This document shows positions 48,144 to 57,881 of a stretch of DNA of 64,000 nucleotides, in pieces. The DNA is from Spirochaetia bacterium (GTDB lineage: Bacteria; Spirochaetota; Spirochaetia; SZUA-6; Bin103). The notes under the pieces were generated by a model. The model saw nothing but the letters and a program-made list of their open reading frames with translations, searched no databases and was not told where the DNA came from. Location of the stretch: NCBI GenBank assembly GCA_965203055.1, contig OZ241863.1:2848001-2912000 (forward strand), read 5' to 3'. Positions within the stretch are counted from its first letter, which is position 1. Each line of letters opens with the position of its first letter. Both the position numbers and the translations under genes were made by a program.

Positions 48144-48367
48144 TTGAGTCCCATGCCGACCACCAGGCCGACCGCCACGCCGATGCCGACGAACATCCCG
48201 CCCACCATGATGCCGACCGCCACGTTGCCGTCGCGGAGTTGCGCCGCGGTGTCGAACGGCGTCACGTGATCGATGATCCGGTAGCCGAAGAACATGAAGG
48301 CGATTGCCGCGCCCCCGCCGACCGCCGCGTAGAGCAGATTCAGCAGTATGATTCCAATAGTCCCCAT
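48140..48367 (-). CDS. Small DUF350 membrane protein
   Basis: D.VTPFD....L.DGNVAVG between two TM helices; its stop overlaps the SLT start. Confidence 0.85.
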   Translation of the reverse strand: MGTIGIILLNLLYAAVGGGAAIAFMFFGYRIIDHVTPFDTAAQLRDGNVAVGIMVGGMFVGIGVAVGLVVGMGLN

Positions 48368-48377
48368 ATCCCCTCCG

Positions 48378-48650
48378 TCAGCCGCACTCGAAGAGCCGTC
48401 TGAACCACCCGGCAAACCTGTCAACAAATCCTACCGATCGTCCACTGCTGAACCGGACGGCTTCGGACATGCCGTCGAGCAATTCCGAAACGCCTCCTGC
48501 CGGCTGGATGAGGGGAGCATTGTCGGAGTAGACCTCCCTGTGCTCCCGCCCAACAGGGCATATACACCCGCGTTGTCTGAGCAGGTGCATTATGGTATGG
48601 GCGTCGTCCGCGCCCTCGACTCGCAGCGTGGATCGCTCGATGGCCGGCAT
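48378..48650 (-). pseudogene. DUF3226 (TOPRIM-like) gene with internal deletion
   Basis: LRVEGADD...GRSVGFV joined directly to a C-terminal-type FAGWFRRLF; no DxD and only 90 aa. Confidence 0.65.
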
Positions 48651-49702
48651 CAACGGACCTCGATGTCTTGTTCTATGACGACCGGGATCCGGGCGCCGCA
48701 AAGGCTTACGGCCCGCGGCAGCGACCGTTCGAGCTTGTGGATCGAAACCTGTCCCGCTAGTTCAGGGTGCGCGCGTACCAAGGTTCCCAATCCGCGGATG
48801 CAGTCGTAGCTGTGCGTGGTGGCAAAGATCTGAACGTTCAACTGTTCCGCCACTTGGACGAGGAGGCGCCAGATGTCTTCCATGACGGTCCAGTGCAACC
48901 CGGAATCGATTTCATCGATCAGCAGGAACCCGTTTTCCGACCCGGCCAGAGCAAGTCGGAAGGCGAGCAGCCGGTGTACGCCATCGCCGTAATTACCGAT
49001 CTGGACTCGGCGGGCTACGCCGCGGCGTCCCACCAGTATACCGCCGCTGCCCAGCCTTTCTCGGGCCAGGAAGTGGATCGAGTCTATGTCCGGCATAAGA
49101 AGCTTCATGTCCTCCACGATTTCGGCCTCTCGGCCGTGGGTCAGAATCTCCTCCCATGCCTGCTCCATGGCCGCGAACGAAAAAGACTCCAGAGCAAGAA
49201 AATGAACCGGATTTTCAAGCGATCCATTTCGTCTAGGAGCAGATACAGATTGCCTGTATCCGATGATCGAACCATCTTCCGTGATCGGTAGTGTGGTTTT
49301 CTCGTCTTTCGCATTGACTATGCTCAGCGCAAACGCCGATTCCGGATGTGATCGGTTCACATCTTCGAGTCCATCGAGGTGCATGACGTGGACGCTTAGA
49401 TTAAGCTTGCCGTCCTCAGACGACAACTCGAAGTGTGCTCCCGGCTTACATTCATAACCAAAGAACAGGTTGGAGAGGGCGGGACTACGGTCCTTTCGAT
49501 AGTGGGGCGCAGGCGCGCCGCGCCGCCGTGCGGCTTCGTGAAACGCGGTGACGTGGCCAGCCGCAACGAGCAGCTCGACTGCCTCGAGAATGGATGTCTT
49601 GCCGGAGTTGTTCTTGCCGACGATGAGGTTGACCCTCGTCAAGTCGGCCAACCGGTACGATTCGAAACCGCGGTATCGGCGTAGCGTCAGGGTCTGCAGC
49701 AT
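48650..49702 (-). CDS. ABC-type AAA ATPase (AAA_15/AAA_21), partner of DUF3226
   Basis: GKNNSGKTS, YGDG, LIDEIDSGLH, ATTHS. Confidence 0.88.
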   Translation of the reverse strand: MLQTLTLRRYRGFESYRLADLTRVNLIVGKNNSGKTSILEAVELLVAAGHVTAFHEAARRRGAPAPHYRKDRSPALSNLFFGYECKPGAHFELSSEDGKLNLSVHVMHLDGLEDVNRSHPESAFALSIVNAKDEKTTLPITEDGSIIGYRQSVSAPRRNGSLENPVHFLALESFSFAAMEQAWEEILTHGREAEIVEDMKLLMPDIDSIHFLARERLGSGGILVGRRGVARRVQIGNYGDGVHRLLAFRLALAGSENGFLLIDEIDSGLHWTVMEDIWRLLVQVAEQLNVQIFATTHSYDCIRGLGTLVRAHPELAGQVSIHKLERSLPRAVSLCGARIPVVIEQDIEVR

Positions 49703-49826
49703 GCCCACTCCTCACCCGGCGGACGTTCGGCGCCAGCCTCGCGTCAGACCGTACCGAAACGGCAACCGGCAGACAAGGCGCCCCGTGGCTGCAGAGGCGG
49801 GGCAGCGGGCGGCGGGTCTCTGAGTG

Positions 49827-49835
49827 TGATATAAT
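49827..49835 (+). promoter_or_regulatory. Extended -10 promoter element
   Basis: TGaTATAAT in a GC-rich intergenic region, about 140 nt upstream of the esterase. Confidence 0.5.
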
Positions 49836-49977
49836 TGCGTGGTCGGAGCAGGGGTACCGGGTTGATGCAAACCGACCCCGCCCCACCGCGTACCGTCCCC
49901 GGCGGCCGCGGCCTGCCGCTCCGGGAGGAGTTGGGCATTTTGGCGTGCGGCGCCGCCGGCAAACAAGGAGGCGGCTG

Positions 49978-50940
49978 ATGCCGGGTCTGTTCGATCTTCC
50001 CCTCGCCGAGCTGAAGCGCTACGCCGGTTGCAATCCGCGGCCCGCGGACTTCGATGAGTATTGGGCGCGCGCCGGCGCCGAGCTGAACGCGGTGGAGACC
50101 GCGGCGGAGTTGGCGCCGACGCGGTTTCAGGTGCCGTTCGCCCGCTGCCGGCACTTGTACTTCACCGGCGTGGGCGGCGCGCGCATCCACGCCAAGCTGC
50201 TGCAGCCGGCCGCGCCGGCCGCGCCCGGCCCGGCGCTGCTCATGTTCCACGGCTACCGCGGCAGCTCCCCGGAATGGTCGGAGTTGCTCGGCTACGCCGC
50301 GGCCGGCTTTACCGTGGCGGCGCTCGATTGCCGCGGACAGGGGGGCCGGTCGCAGGACGTTGGCGGGGTGCGCGGCAACACGCTGTACGGCCACATCATC
50401 CGCGGGCTGGCGGATGGCCCCGACCGGCTCCTGTACCGGCAGATCTTCCTCGACACCGTTGCGCTGGCGCGCGTGGTGATGGCGCTGGACGAGGTGGACC
50501 CCGCTCGCGTGGGCGCCACCGGCGCGTCGCAGGGGGGCGGTCTGACCCTGGCCTGCGCCGCGCTGGAGCCGCGCATCAAGCGGGCGGCGCCGGTGTACCC
50601 GTTCCTGTGCGACTACCGGCGCGTGTGGCAGATGGACCAGGCGGAACGGGCCTACCGCGAGCTGCGCGACTTCTTCCGCCTGTACGATCCTACCCATGAG
50701 CAGGAGCATTTCTACTTCGAGCGCCTCGGCTACATCGACGTGCAGCACTTGGCCGGCCGCATCCGGGCGCAGGTCCTCATGGGCGTCGGCCTGATGGATC
50801 AGGTGTGCCCGCCGTCATCGCAGTTCGCGGCCTACAACAAGATCACCGCGCCCAAGGAGATGGTGATCTACCCGGACTTCGAACACGAGCCGCTGCCGCA
50901 GTTTCGCGATCGCATACTGCAATTCATGCTCGGCCTGTAG
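49978..50940 (+). CDS. Acetylxylan esterase / cephalosporin-C deacetylase (CE7)
   Basis: FHGY, DCRGQ, GASQGG, D.VCPPS, FEHE. Confidence 0.92.
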   Translation: MPGLFDLPLAELKRYAGCNPRPADFDEYWARAGAELNAVETAAELAPTRFQVPFARCRHLYFTGVGGARIHAKLLQPAAPAAPGPALLMFHGYRGSSPEWSELLGYAAAGFTVAALDCRGQGGRSQDVGGVRGNTLYGHIIRGLADGPDRLLYRQIFLDTVALARVVMALDEVDPARVGATGASQGGGLTLACAALEPRIKRAAPVYPFLCDYRRVWQMDQAERAYRELRDFFRLYDPTHEQEHFYFERLGYIDVQHLAGRIRAQVLMGVGLMDQVCPPSSQFAAYNKITAPKEMVIYPDFEHEPLPQFRDRILQFMLGL

Positions 50941-52405
50941 CGCCGGCCCGGGCGCCGGCGTCGGCCGGCGCGCCCGGCCGCGCGCGGACGGCAGCCTGCG
51001 GACAGCCCGGGCCGTGATCGGCCGCCGGCGCGCCCGGCCGCGCGCGGGCGGTCACCCGCATCGGCAGGCCATTGTGCGGCCGCAGCCCCACCCACGGCGC
51101 CGGGCGCGGCGGTTCGCCGGCCGCCAGTTCCAGCCGGTACTGCTGCGCGATGCGCGCGATGGCCAGAATCGCCTCGGCGGTGGCGAAGCTCTGGCCGATG
51201 CAGGTGCGCGGGCCGCCGCTGAAGGGCAGGTAGCTGTAGCGCCGCGGCTCGGGTCCGTCCAGCCAGCGCCGGGGCTGGAACCGTTCCGCGGCGGCAAAGA
51301 AGCGCTCGTCGCGGTGGGTCACCCAGGGACAGATCAGGAGCACGGTTCCGGGCGCCACCCGGTAGCCGCCGAGGGTGAGTTCCGTATACGCCATGCGGGG
51401 GATGATCGGCACCGGCGGATAGAGGCGCAGCGCTTCCTTGAACACCGCGTCGCACCAGGTGAGCGCCGCCGCGTCATCCTTGCCCGGCGCGCGCCCGCCG
51501 AGGACGGCATCCACTTCGGCGTAGAGTCGTTGCGCGACGGAGGGGTGCTGGGCCAGCAGATACCAGGTCCAGGTCAGCGCCACCGCGGTGGTCTCGTGGC
51601 CGGCGATCAGCAGCGCGATGATCTGGTATTGCCACTCCGGATTCTCCAACAGGCCGGCTTCGCGGTCGCCGGCGCGCCGCAGCGCGGCGATCAGGTTGCC
51701 GGCGCCGGCCCCCCCGCCGTCAGCGCCCTCCGGCTGCTCGCGGAGGATCCGTTCGACCAGCTTGCGGCCGGCGCCGACCGCCTGCCGCAGCTTGCGGTTC
51801 TCGCGGGTGGGAACGATCGGCGGCGCCTGGAACGGATGAGTGGCGCGATGGGTAATGTCGCGCACGATGGTTTCGCAGGTGTCCAGGATGTGCTCGCGGT
51901 CGCCCGGAAAGTCGACGCCGTAGAGGGCGTTGAGCACGATGTCCAGAGTGATGCGCAGCATCTCGCGGTGCACCTCGCGCACCTCCCCGTCGCGCCAGGT
52001 CGATGCGTGCCGCTCTGCCATCCGCACCATGGTGGGACCGTAGCGCGCCAGCGCGCTGCGCTTGAGCGACGGGTTGAAGCGGTGCCGCTCGCGCACCCAG
52101 AAGTCTTCGTCGCCGGGAAAGTTGATGACCCGGTAGACGTATTCGCCGCCGGCCAGGAAGTAATCCAGGCGGGTGGGCGGCCTGGACTTGCTGCGCGTGA
52201 ACTTGCGCGCATTGGTGGCGAGCACGCTCTCCAACAGGTCGGGGTGATTGATGAACACCAGTTCCTGCCGGCCGGCGGTGAGCCGAACCAGGTCGCCGTG
52301 GTCGCGCGCCGCGCGGGTCAGGAAGCCGAGCGGGTCGCGGCGGAAGTGCAGGGCGTTGCCCAGGAACGGCAGGCCGCGCGGTCCGGGAGGAGCAGCGGTG
52401 ATCAT
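50924..52405 (-). CDS. Cytochrome P450
   Basis: PPGP, AGHETT, EALRLYPP, FSGGPRTCIG. Confidence 0.93.
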   Translation of the reverse strand: MITAAPPGPRGLPFLGNALHFRRDPLGFLTRAARDHGDLVRLTAGRQELVFINHPDLLESVLATNARKFTRSKSRPPTRLDYFLAGGEYVYRVINFPGDEDFWVRERHRFNPSLKRSALARYGPTMVRMAERHASTWRDGEVREVHREMLRITLDIVLNALYGVDFPGDREHILDTCETIVRDITHRATHPFQAPPIVPTRENRKLRQAVGAGRKLVERILREQPEGADGGGAGAGNLIAALRRAGDREAGLLENPEWQYQIIALLIAGHETTAVALTWTWYLLAQHPSVAQRLYAEVDAVLGGRAPGKDDAAALTWCDAVFKEALRLYPPVPIIPRMAYTELTLGGYRVAPGTVLLICPWVTHRDERFFAAAERFQPRRWLDGPEPRRYSYLPFSGGPRTCIGQSFATAEAILAIARIAQQYRLELAAGEPPRPAPWVGLRPHNGLPMRVTARARPGAPAADHGPGCPQAAVRARPGAPADAGARAGATGRA

Positions 52406-52537
52406 CGGGCATGATGCTGGCTGCGGGCGGCGCGCCCGTCAACCCTTGGCCCCGGCCTGCGGTCCGCGCCGCGCGGTCCAGCGCGCCGCCGGGCCGATAC
52501 ATTGATTGAACGATACATTGAAGTTGACGCGGACTCT

Positions 52538-54538
52538 ATGAGACTGATTGAAGAGATCGTGCTGCTGCTGCTCGATGACGACCGCGGCGACCTGGCCCCG
52601 GGGCTGTCCAAGGTTACCCTGAACGTGGTCCTGGCCGGCGCCGTGCTGATGGACCTGGCGCTGGACAACCGCATCGATACCGATCTCGCCCGGCTGGTAC
52701 TGCTCGATGGCACGCCGCTGGACGACGATCTTCTGGATCCCTCCCTGGCCGCCATCGCGCGCGAACCGCACGAGCACGACGCCGGGTTCTGGGTACGCAA
52801 CCTGGCCGCTGCCGGCGACCGCCTCCTGGCGCGGGCGCAGGCCCGGCTGCTGCGCCGCGGCATCCTCGAATCGACCTCCGAAGGGCCGTTCTTCCTGACC
52901 CGCCGGGTGTTCCGCGCCCGCCGCTATCCCCCGTCCGGCGGGAAGCAGGTGGAGGAAGTGCGGCTGCGCGTGATGCGCGTCCTGTTCAGCGACGACATTC
53001 CCGACCCGCGCGAGATCGCCATCATCTGCCTGGCGGACGCCGCCGATCTGTTTCGAAACATTCTGTCCGGGTCGGAACTGGAGCAGGTACGCGATCGGAT
53101 CGACCTGGTCACCCGGATGGACCTGATCGGACAGTCGGTCACGCAGGCCGTCCGCGAGCTCGAAGGCGGCGGCCCGGGCTCCTCGGCCGCCCGCTCCTCC
53201 CCGGAGATCCCCGCCGCGCCGGGGCTGCCCCTGGTCGGCAACGCCTTCGCCATGGCCGGTTCGGTGCGCGCCTTCCTCGCCCGGCACTACCTGAACCTGG
53301 GGCCGGTCTTTCGGGTGCGCGCGCTCAACCGCCGCTTCGTCGCCCTGGTCGGCCCGGAGGCCAACCTGTTCCTGGCGAACGACGGCAAGGCGCTGTTCCG
53401 CAGCTACGAACTGTGGCTCGACTTCAATGCCGAAGTAGGAACGATGCGCACGATCGTCAGCATGGACGGCGCCGAGCACATGCGCATGCGCAAGGTACAG
53501 GGCAGAGCGTACTCGCGCCGGCGCATCGAAGAACGGCTGGCGGAGGTCGTCGAGGTCACCAGACGGGAGATCGACTCCTGGCCGCGGGAGCGGCCGGTCA
53601 CCGGCCAGTACGCCTTCCAGCGCATCGTCTGCGAGCAGCTCGGCGCGATGACCGCCAGCATGTCCCCGCGCGGCTACGTCGACGACCTGATCGTCTACCT
53701 GGAGATGCTGCTGAAGACCCGCGTCGCGCGCCAGCGTCCCGCGCTGACGCGCTACCTGCCGCGCGTGCGGCGCGCGCGGCGGCGGCTGGCGGAGTTGTAC
53801 GCCGAGGTGGTGGCCGCGCACGCGCCGGAGCGGCGCCGCGGCAAGAGTCCGGATCTGATCGACGATCTCCTGGAGCTGCACCGCGCCGATCCGCTGTTCC
53901 TGCCGGAGACCGACCTGCCGATCGCCCTGCTCGGGCCGTTCATCGTCACGCTCGACACGGTCGGCAGCACCTGCGCCTTCATGCTCTACGCGCTCCTGAA
54001 GCACCCGGAGCTGCTGCGGCGGATGCGGGCCGAGGTCGACGCCTTCTTCGACCGCGGCCCGCCGACCGCCGCGGGACTGCGGCAGCTCGACGTCACCCAC
54101 CGCATCGCCCTGGAGACGCTGCGCCTCTATCCGGTCATTCCCGGACTCATACGCACCGCCGCCAACTCGTTCGAGTTCGCCGGCTATACCGTGCCGGCCG
54201 GGACCGAGGTGCTCATCGGCAACACGGTGCCGCACCACCTGCCGGAGTACTTTCCCGATCCGCAGCGGTTCGACATCGACCGCTACACCCCGGATCGGGC
54301 CGAGCACCGCCGGCGCGGGGCCTACGCGCCGTTCGGCGCCGGCCCGCACCGTTGCCTGGGCAGCAGCTTCGCGGAGGTGCAGATCATGCTCACCATGGCC
54401 ACCGTGGTCCGCGAAGCCGAGCTGGCGCTCGACCCGCCCGGCTACTCGCTGAAGGTCAGGCAGGTGCCGAACCCGCGGCCCGACGACTCGTTCCGGTTCC
54501 GCGTGGCCGGCCGCCGGGGAGGCCGCGATGTCCGCTGA
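52538..54538 (+). CDS. GPP34 (GOLPH3-like) domain - cytochrome P450 fusion
   Basis: N-terminal LIEEIVLLLLDD...LAGAVLMDLAL..RID...RRGIL...RRYP; C-terminal P450 with ETLRLYP, FDIDR, FGAGPHRCLG. Confidence 0.85.
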   Translation: MRLIEEIVLLLLDDDRGDLAPGLSKVTLNVVLAGAVLMDLALDNRIDTDLARLVLLDGTPLDDDLLDPSLAAIAREPHEHDAGFWVRNLAAAGDRLLARAQARLLRRGILESTSEGPFFLTRRVFRARRYPPSGGKQVEEVRLRVMRVLFSDDIPDPREIAIICLADAADLFRNILSGSELEQVRDRIDLVTRMDLIGQSVTQAVRELEGGGPGSSAARSSPEIPAAPGLPLVGNAFAMAGSVRAFLARHYLNLGPVFRVRALNRRFVALVGPEANLFLANDGKALFRSYELWLDFNAEVGTMRTIVSMDGAEHMRMRKVQGRAYSRRRIEERLAEVVEVTRREIDSWPRERPVTGQYAFQRIVCEQLGAMTASMSPRGYVDDLIVYLEMLLKTRVARQRPALTRYLPRVRRARRRLAELYAEVVAAHAPERRRGKSPDLIDDLLELHRADPLFLPETDLPIALLGPFIVTLDTVGSTCAFMLYALLKHPELLRRMRAEVDAFFDRGPPTAAGLRQLDVTHRIALETLRLYPVIPGLIRTAANSFEFAGYTVPAGTEVLIGNTVPHHLPEYFPDPQRFDIDRYTPDRAEHRRRGAYAPFGAGPHRCLGSSFAEVQIMLTMATVVREAELALDPPGYSLKVRQVPNPRPDDSFRFRVAGRRGGRDVR

Positions 54539-55733
54539 CGGCGGGTCCGCGAAGCTGCCGCGCTATCATTCGCTCGACCGCCTGCGGGCGGTGATGATGC
54601 TGCTGGGACTGGTCCTGCATGCCTCCGTCAGCTACGTCCCCGAGCTGCCCGAAGGGGTCGCGTGGCCGTACGTCGACGCGCGCACCAGCCCGGTCTTCGA
54701 CTGGTTGATCGTCTTCATCCACGTGTTCCGGATGCCGGTATTCTTCACGGTGGCGGGGTTCTTCGCTGCCTTCCTGGTCGCTACGCGCGGCATCCGGGCA
54801 TTTCTGCGCCACCGTTGGAGCCGGATCGGCGTGCCGTTCCTGGTCGGCTGGCTGCTCCTCGCGCCGGCGACGTTGGGCGCCGTGATCTACGCGCAGCGGT
54901 TCTCCGCGGTCGAGCCGCCGCCCCTGGTCACGGGCGGCGCGGCGGACGTGATCTTCGCGGAGGGCCTCCTCATGCACCTCTGGTTCCTGTACCACCTGCT
55001 GCTGTTCTGCGCCGGCGCCGCCCTCGTCCTGCCGCTGCTGCGCCGCATCCCCGAGCCGGTACGCGCACGCTTCCTGGACCGGTTCGGGCGCTCGGTGCAC
55101 CGCGGGGGGCTGGCGCTGCTGGTCGCCGCCGGCGCGGCGGCGCTGTACGGAATGCGCTCGTGGACCATCGATTACGCGGGCGGCATCCTGCCGCAGGCCA
55201 CCGTCCTGGCGACCTACGGGTTGTTCTTCCTGTTCGGGTGGCTGCTGTTCAAGCGGCGAGAGGTCCTGCAGAGCTTCGTGCGGCCGGCGTGGCGGTACTT
55301 CGCCGCCGGGGTGGTCTGCTTCCTGGCGCACCGCTACTTCGTGAACACCGGCTGCGGCCCCGCCGAGCGGTTCTGCGACCCGGCCCCGAGCGGCGCGCAC
55401 CTGGGGGCGGTCCTGTTTCTGGCGGCGGCCACCTGGTTCCTGGTCTACGGCTTCCTGGGGCTGTTCCTGCGCTACATGGAGCGGCCAAACGACTATTGGC
55501 GCTACCTGGCCGACGCTTCCTACTGGATGTACCTCGTCCATCCGCCGCTGGTCATGGTGCTGCCGACCCTGTTTGCGGACTGGGCGGTGCCGGCGGGCAT
55601 CAAGTTCGGTCTGGTGCTGGCCGCGGCGGCCGCGCTCACGCTGGCGACGTACCATTATCTGGTGCGGGCGACGTTCATCGGCAAGCTGCTGAACGGGCGG
55701 CGCTATCCGCGCGCCGCGCCGCGGCTGGCGTGA
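54528..55733 (+). CDS. Acyltransferase family 3 membrane protein (MdoC/OpgC-like)
   Basis: LDRLRA..MLLG..LH, FRMPVFF..AGFF, HLWFLY, SYWMYLVH.P. Confidence 0.88.
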   Translation: MSADGGSAKLPRYHSLDRLRAVMMLLGLVLHASVSYVPELPEGVAWPYVDARTSPVFDWLIVFIHVFRMPVFFTVAGFFAAFLVATRGIRAFLRHRWSRIGVPFLVGWLLLAPATLGAVIYAQRFSAVEPPPLVTGGAADVIFAEGLLMHLWFLYHLLLFCAGAALVLPLLRRIPEPVRARFLDRFGRSVHRGGLALLVAAGAAALYGMRSWTIDYAGGILPQATVLATYGLFFLFGWLLFKRREVLQSFVRPAWRYFAAGVVCFLAHRYFVNTGCGPAERFCDPAPSGAHLGAVLFLAAATWFLVYGFLGLFLRYMERPNDYWRYLADASYWMYLVHPPLVMVLPTLFADWAVPAGIKFGLVLAAAAALTLATYHYLVRATFIGKLLNGRRYPRAAPRLA

Positions 55734-55747
55734 GGAGGATCTCCCGC

Positions 55748-57322
55748 ATGCGCCTGCTGCCGGTATCCGGATTCTCCGCCGTCCTGCGGTTGTCGCTGGC
55801 GCGCGCCTGGCGCGCCTTCGAGGCCGCGGCGCAAGACCCCGAGCAGGCGCAACGCGCCCTGTGGGCGGAGATCGCCGCCGAATGCCGCGGCTCCCCGATG
55901 TGGAAGCCGCGCTGGGCCGGCGCCGCCGCGCCGCGGCTGGACCAGTTCCCGATCACCGAGTACCAGGACTACCAGCCGGCGATCGACGCGGCGTTCGAGC
56001 GCGGCCACTCGCCGACCACGGCGACCCCGGTCCGCTACTGGGCCTCCAGCAGCGGCACCACCTCGGCCAAGCTCAAACTCTTTCCGTACCTCGCCATGAA
56101 CGGCCGCCAGAGCCACCTCGTCGCCGGCGCCTACGAGGCATCCCTGTACCGCCTGTCGGAGGTGGAGCCGCATATTTCGCTGGCGCCGATGCTCTCCCTG
56201 GCCAACGTCGCGCACCGCGACCCCTCGCCGGCCGGCGTCCCGGTCGGCTCCGCCACCAGCTACTACCTGCGGTTCATGTCGGCGCGCGCGCGCCGCCTGC
56301 TGCAAGTGATCCCGTGGGAGGTCTACACGCGGTCGGAGCTGTGGAACGACTGGGCGCCGCTCTACGCCGCCGCCCGCAACGTGAGCCTGGCGCGGGCGCT
56401 GTCCGCCGGCTGGATCGCGGCGTTCTACGAGTTCCTGCTGCAGCGGATCGACGGTTACTGGGCCTATCTGGAAGGGCGCAAGGAGCCGCCGCCGCCGTTG
56501 CCGCGGCTCAACGTGTCCGCCCGCCGCCGGCGCCACCTGCGGGAGGTGTTTCGCGGCGGCCGCACGCCGGCCATGACCGACGTGTGGCCTACCCTGACCG
56601 CGGTGCTGTGCTGGACCAGCGCCAGCTCCGCCGCGCAGGTGCCGAAGCTCGAGCCCTATCTGGGCACCGCGTCGCTGCTCGACACTCCGTACGCCTGCAC
56701 CGAGGGAGTCCTGACGGTACCGCTGCACGACGGCCGCGACGGGCACCCGCTGCATCCGGGCGCCAACGTCGTCGAGCTGCTGCCCGAGGACGCCGCGCCC
56801 GACGCGGCCAACCTGCTCCCGGCGTGGCGGGCGGAACCGGGGCAGCGGTACGAGGTGTTCCTCACCACGCTGAGCGGCCTGATTCGCTACCGCCTGCACG
56901 ACATCGTGCAGTGCACGGGCTACTACCGGCGCGCCCCGCGCCTGGCGTTCTGCTGCAAGACGGCGTTCCTGCTCAAGGTCACCTCGGCCACGTTCCCGGA
57001 GAACGAGCTGGTCAAGGTGCTGCTGGCGCTCGGCTACCGGGCTCAGGACGACCTGCTGGTCGGGCCCAGTCCGGCCGGCAGCGCCTTCGCGATCTACTAT
57101 CGCGCGGACGCGGCCCGGTCGGTCACCGCCGCGGCGCTCGACCGGGCGTTGCGCGCGGCGTCCCGGTTGTATGACCACGAACGCACGCGCGGCGTCCTGG
57201 GCCCGGTCGAGTCGGTAACCGTGCCCGCCTCCCACCCGATGTGGGAATGGCGCAGCCGCCCCCGGGCCAAGAGCCGCTACATCCTCCAGGAAGCGCCCCG
57301 CGACCTGCCGCCCGGCGCCTAG
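55748..57322 (+). CDS. GH3 family acyl-acid amido synthetase (adenylate-forming)
   Basis: SSSGTTS..K..P, YACTEG, YEVFLTT.SGLIRYRLHD. Confidence 0.85.
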   Translation: MRLLPVSGFSAVLRLSLARAWRAFEAAAQDPEQAQRALWAEIAAECRGSPMWKPRWAGAAAPRLDQFPITEYQDYQPAIDAAFERGHSPTTATPVRYWASSSGTTSAKLKLFPYLAMNGRQSHLVAGAYEASLYRLSEVEPHISLAPMLSLANVAHRDPSPAGVPVGSATSYYLRFMSARARRLLQVIPWEVYTRSELWNDWAPLYAAARNVSLARALSAGWIAAFYEFLLQRIDGYWAYLEGRKEPPPPLPRLNVSARRRRHLREVFRGGRTPAMTDVWPTLTAVLCWTSASSAAQVPKLEPYLGTASLLDTPYACTEGVLTVPLHDGRDGHPLHPGANVVELLPEDAAPDAANLLPAWRAEPGQRYEVFLTTLSGLIRYRLHDIVQCTGYYRRAPRLAFCCKTAFLLKVTSATFPENELVKVLLALGYRAQDDLLVGPSPAGSAFAIYYRADAARSVTAAALDRALRAASRLYDHERTRGVLGPVESVTVPASHPMWEWRSRPRAKSRYILQEAPRDLPPGA

Positions 57323-57341
57323 TCTGCAGGGGGGTTCGGCC

Positions 57342-57382
57342 CAACCCTGTTGTTGACGCTCCTGTTGCCGTAGTATGTTCGT
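57342..57382 (+). repeat. 41-nt promoter-like motif, copy 2
   Basis: CAACCCTGTTGTTGACGCTCCTGTTGCCGTAGTATGTTCGT. Confidence 0.9.
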
Positions 57383-57452
57383 GTTCAATGCCCGCTTGCG
57401 GCTTGTAGAACCAGCCCGCCCGGCTGGACCAGGCAGGAGAAGGGGATACGCG

Positions 57453-57881
57453 ATGGAGGATTGGCAGTTTTTGGTAGGTGTGGTCGTCTTGCTGGTTTCC
57501 GTGTGGCTTGCCGCCTGGGGCGCGCGGGGCAAGATCGCCAGCGAGGCAAGGGAGACCCGCAGGGAGTCAACGGTTGCCCACAAGGAAATCACCGAGAACA
57601 TCAACAGGGTAGACGCCAAGATCGAGACGAGCGTCGAGACCCTGCGCAGGGAAGCGCGCGAAGACAGGACAGAAGCACGCGAAGGCAGTAAGGGGACCGA
57701 CGCCAAGATCGACGCCCTGCGCGAAAGCGTAGACGCCAAGATCGACAGGACCGACGGCAAGATAGGCGACCTGCGCAAGAGTGTAGACGCCAGGATCGAC
57801 GGGTTGAGCGTGACGGTGAACGATACGCGCAGTATCGTAGAGCGCATCGACACAACGTTGAAGGAACGCGCCCCGAAATGA
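57453..57881 (+). CDS. Small N-terminal TM / coiled-coil protein with DAKID-type repeats
   Basis: MEDWQFLVG, repeats VDAKIE/TDAKID/VDAKID/TDGKIG/VDARID, ends VERIDTTLKER. Confidence 0.8.
   Translation: MEDWQFLVGVVVLLVSVWLAAWGARGKIASEARETRRESTVAHKEITENINRVDAKIETSVETLRREAREDRTEAREGSKGTDAKIDALRESVDAKIDRTDGKIGDLRKSVDARIDGLSVTVNDTRSIVERIDTTLKERAPK

Noticed and set aside
50940..51060. Duplicated GCCGGCGCGCCCGGCCGCGCGCGG at the P450 C-terminus
   Set aside because: A short local GC duplication giving a low-complexity tail; no evidence of function.
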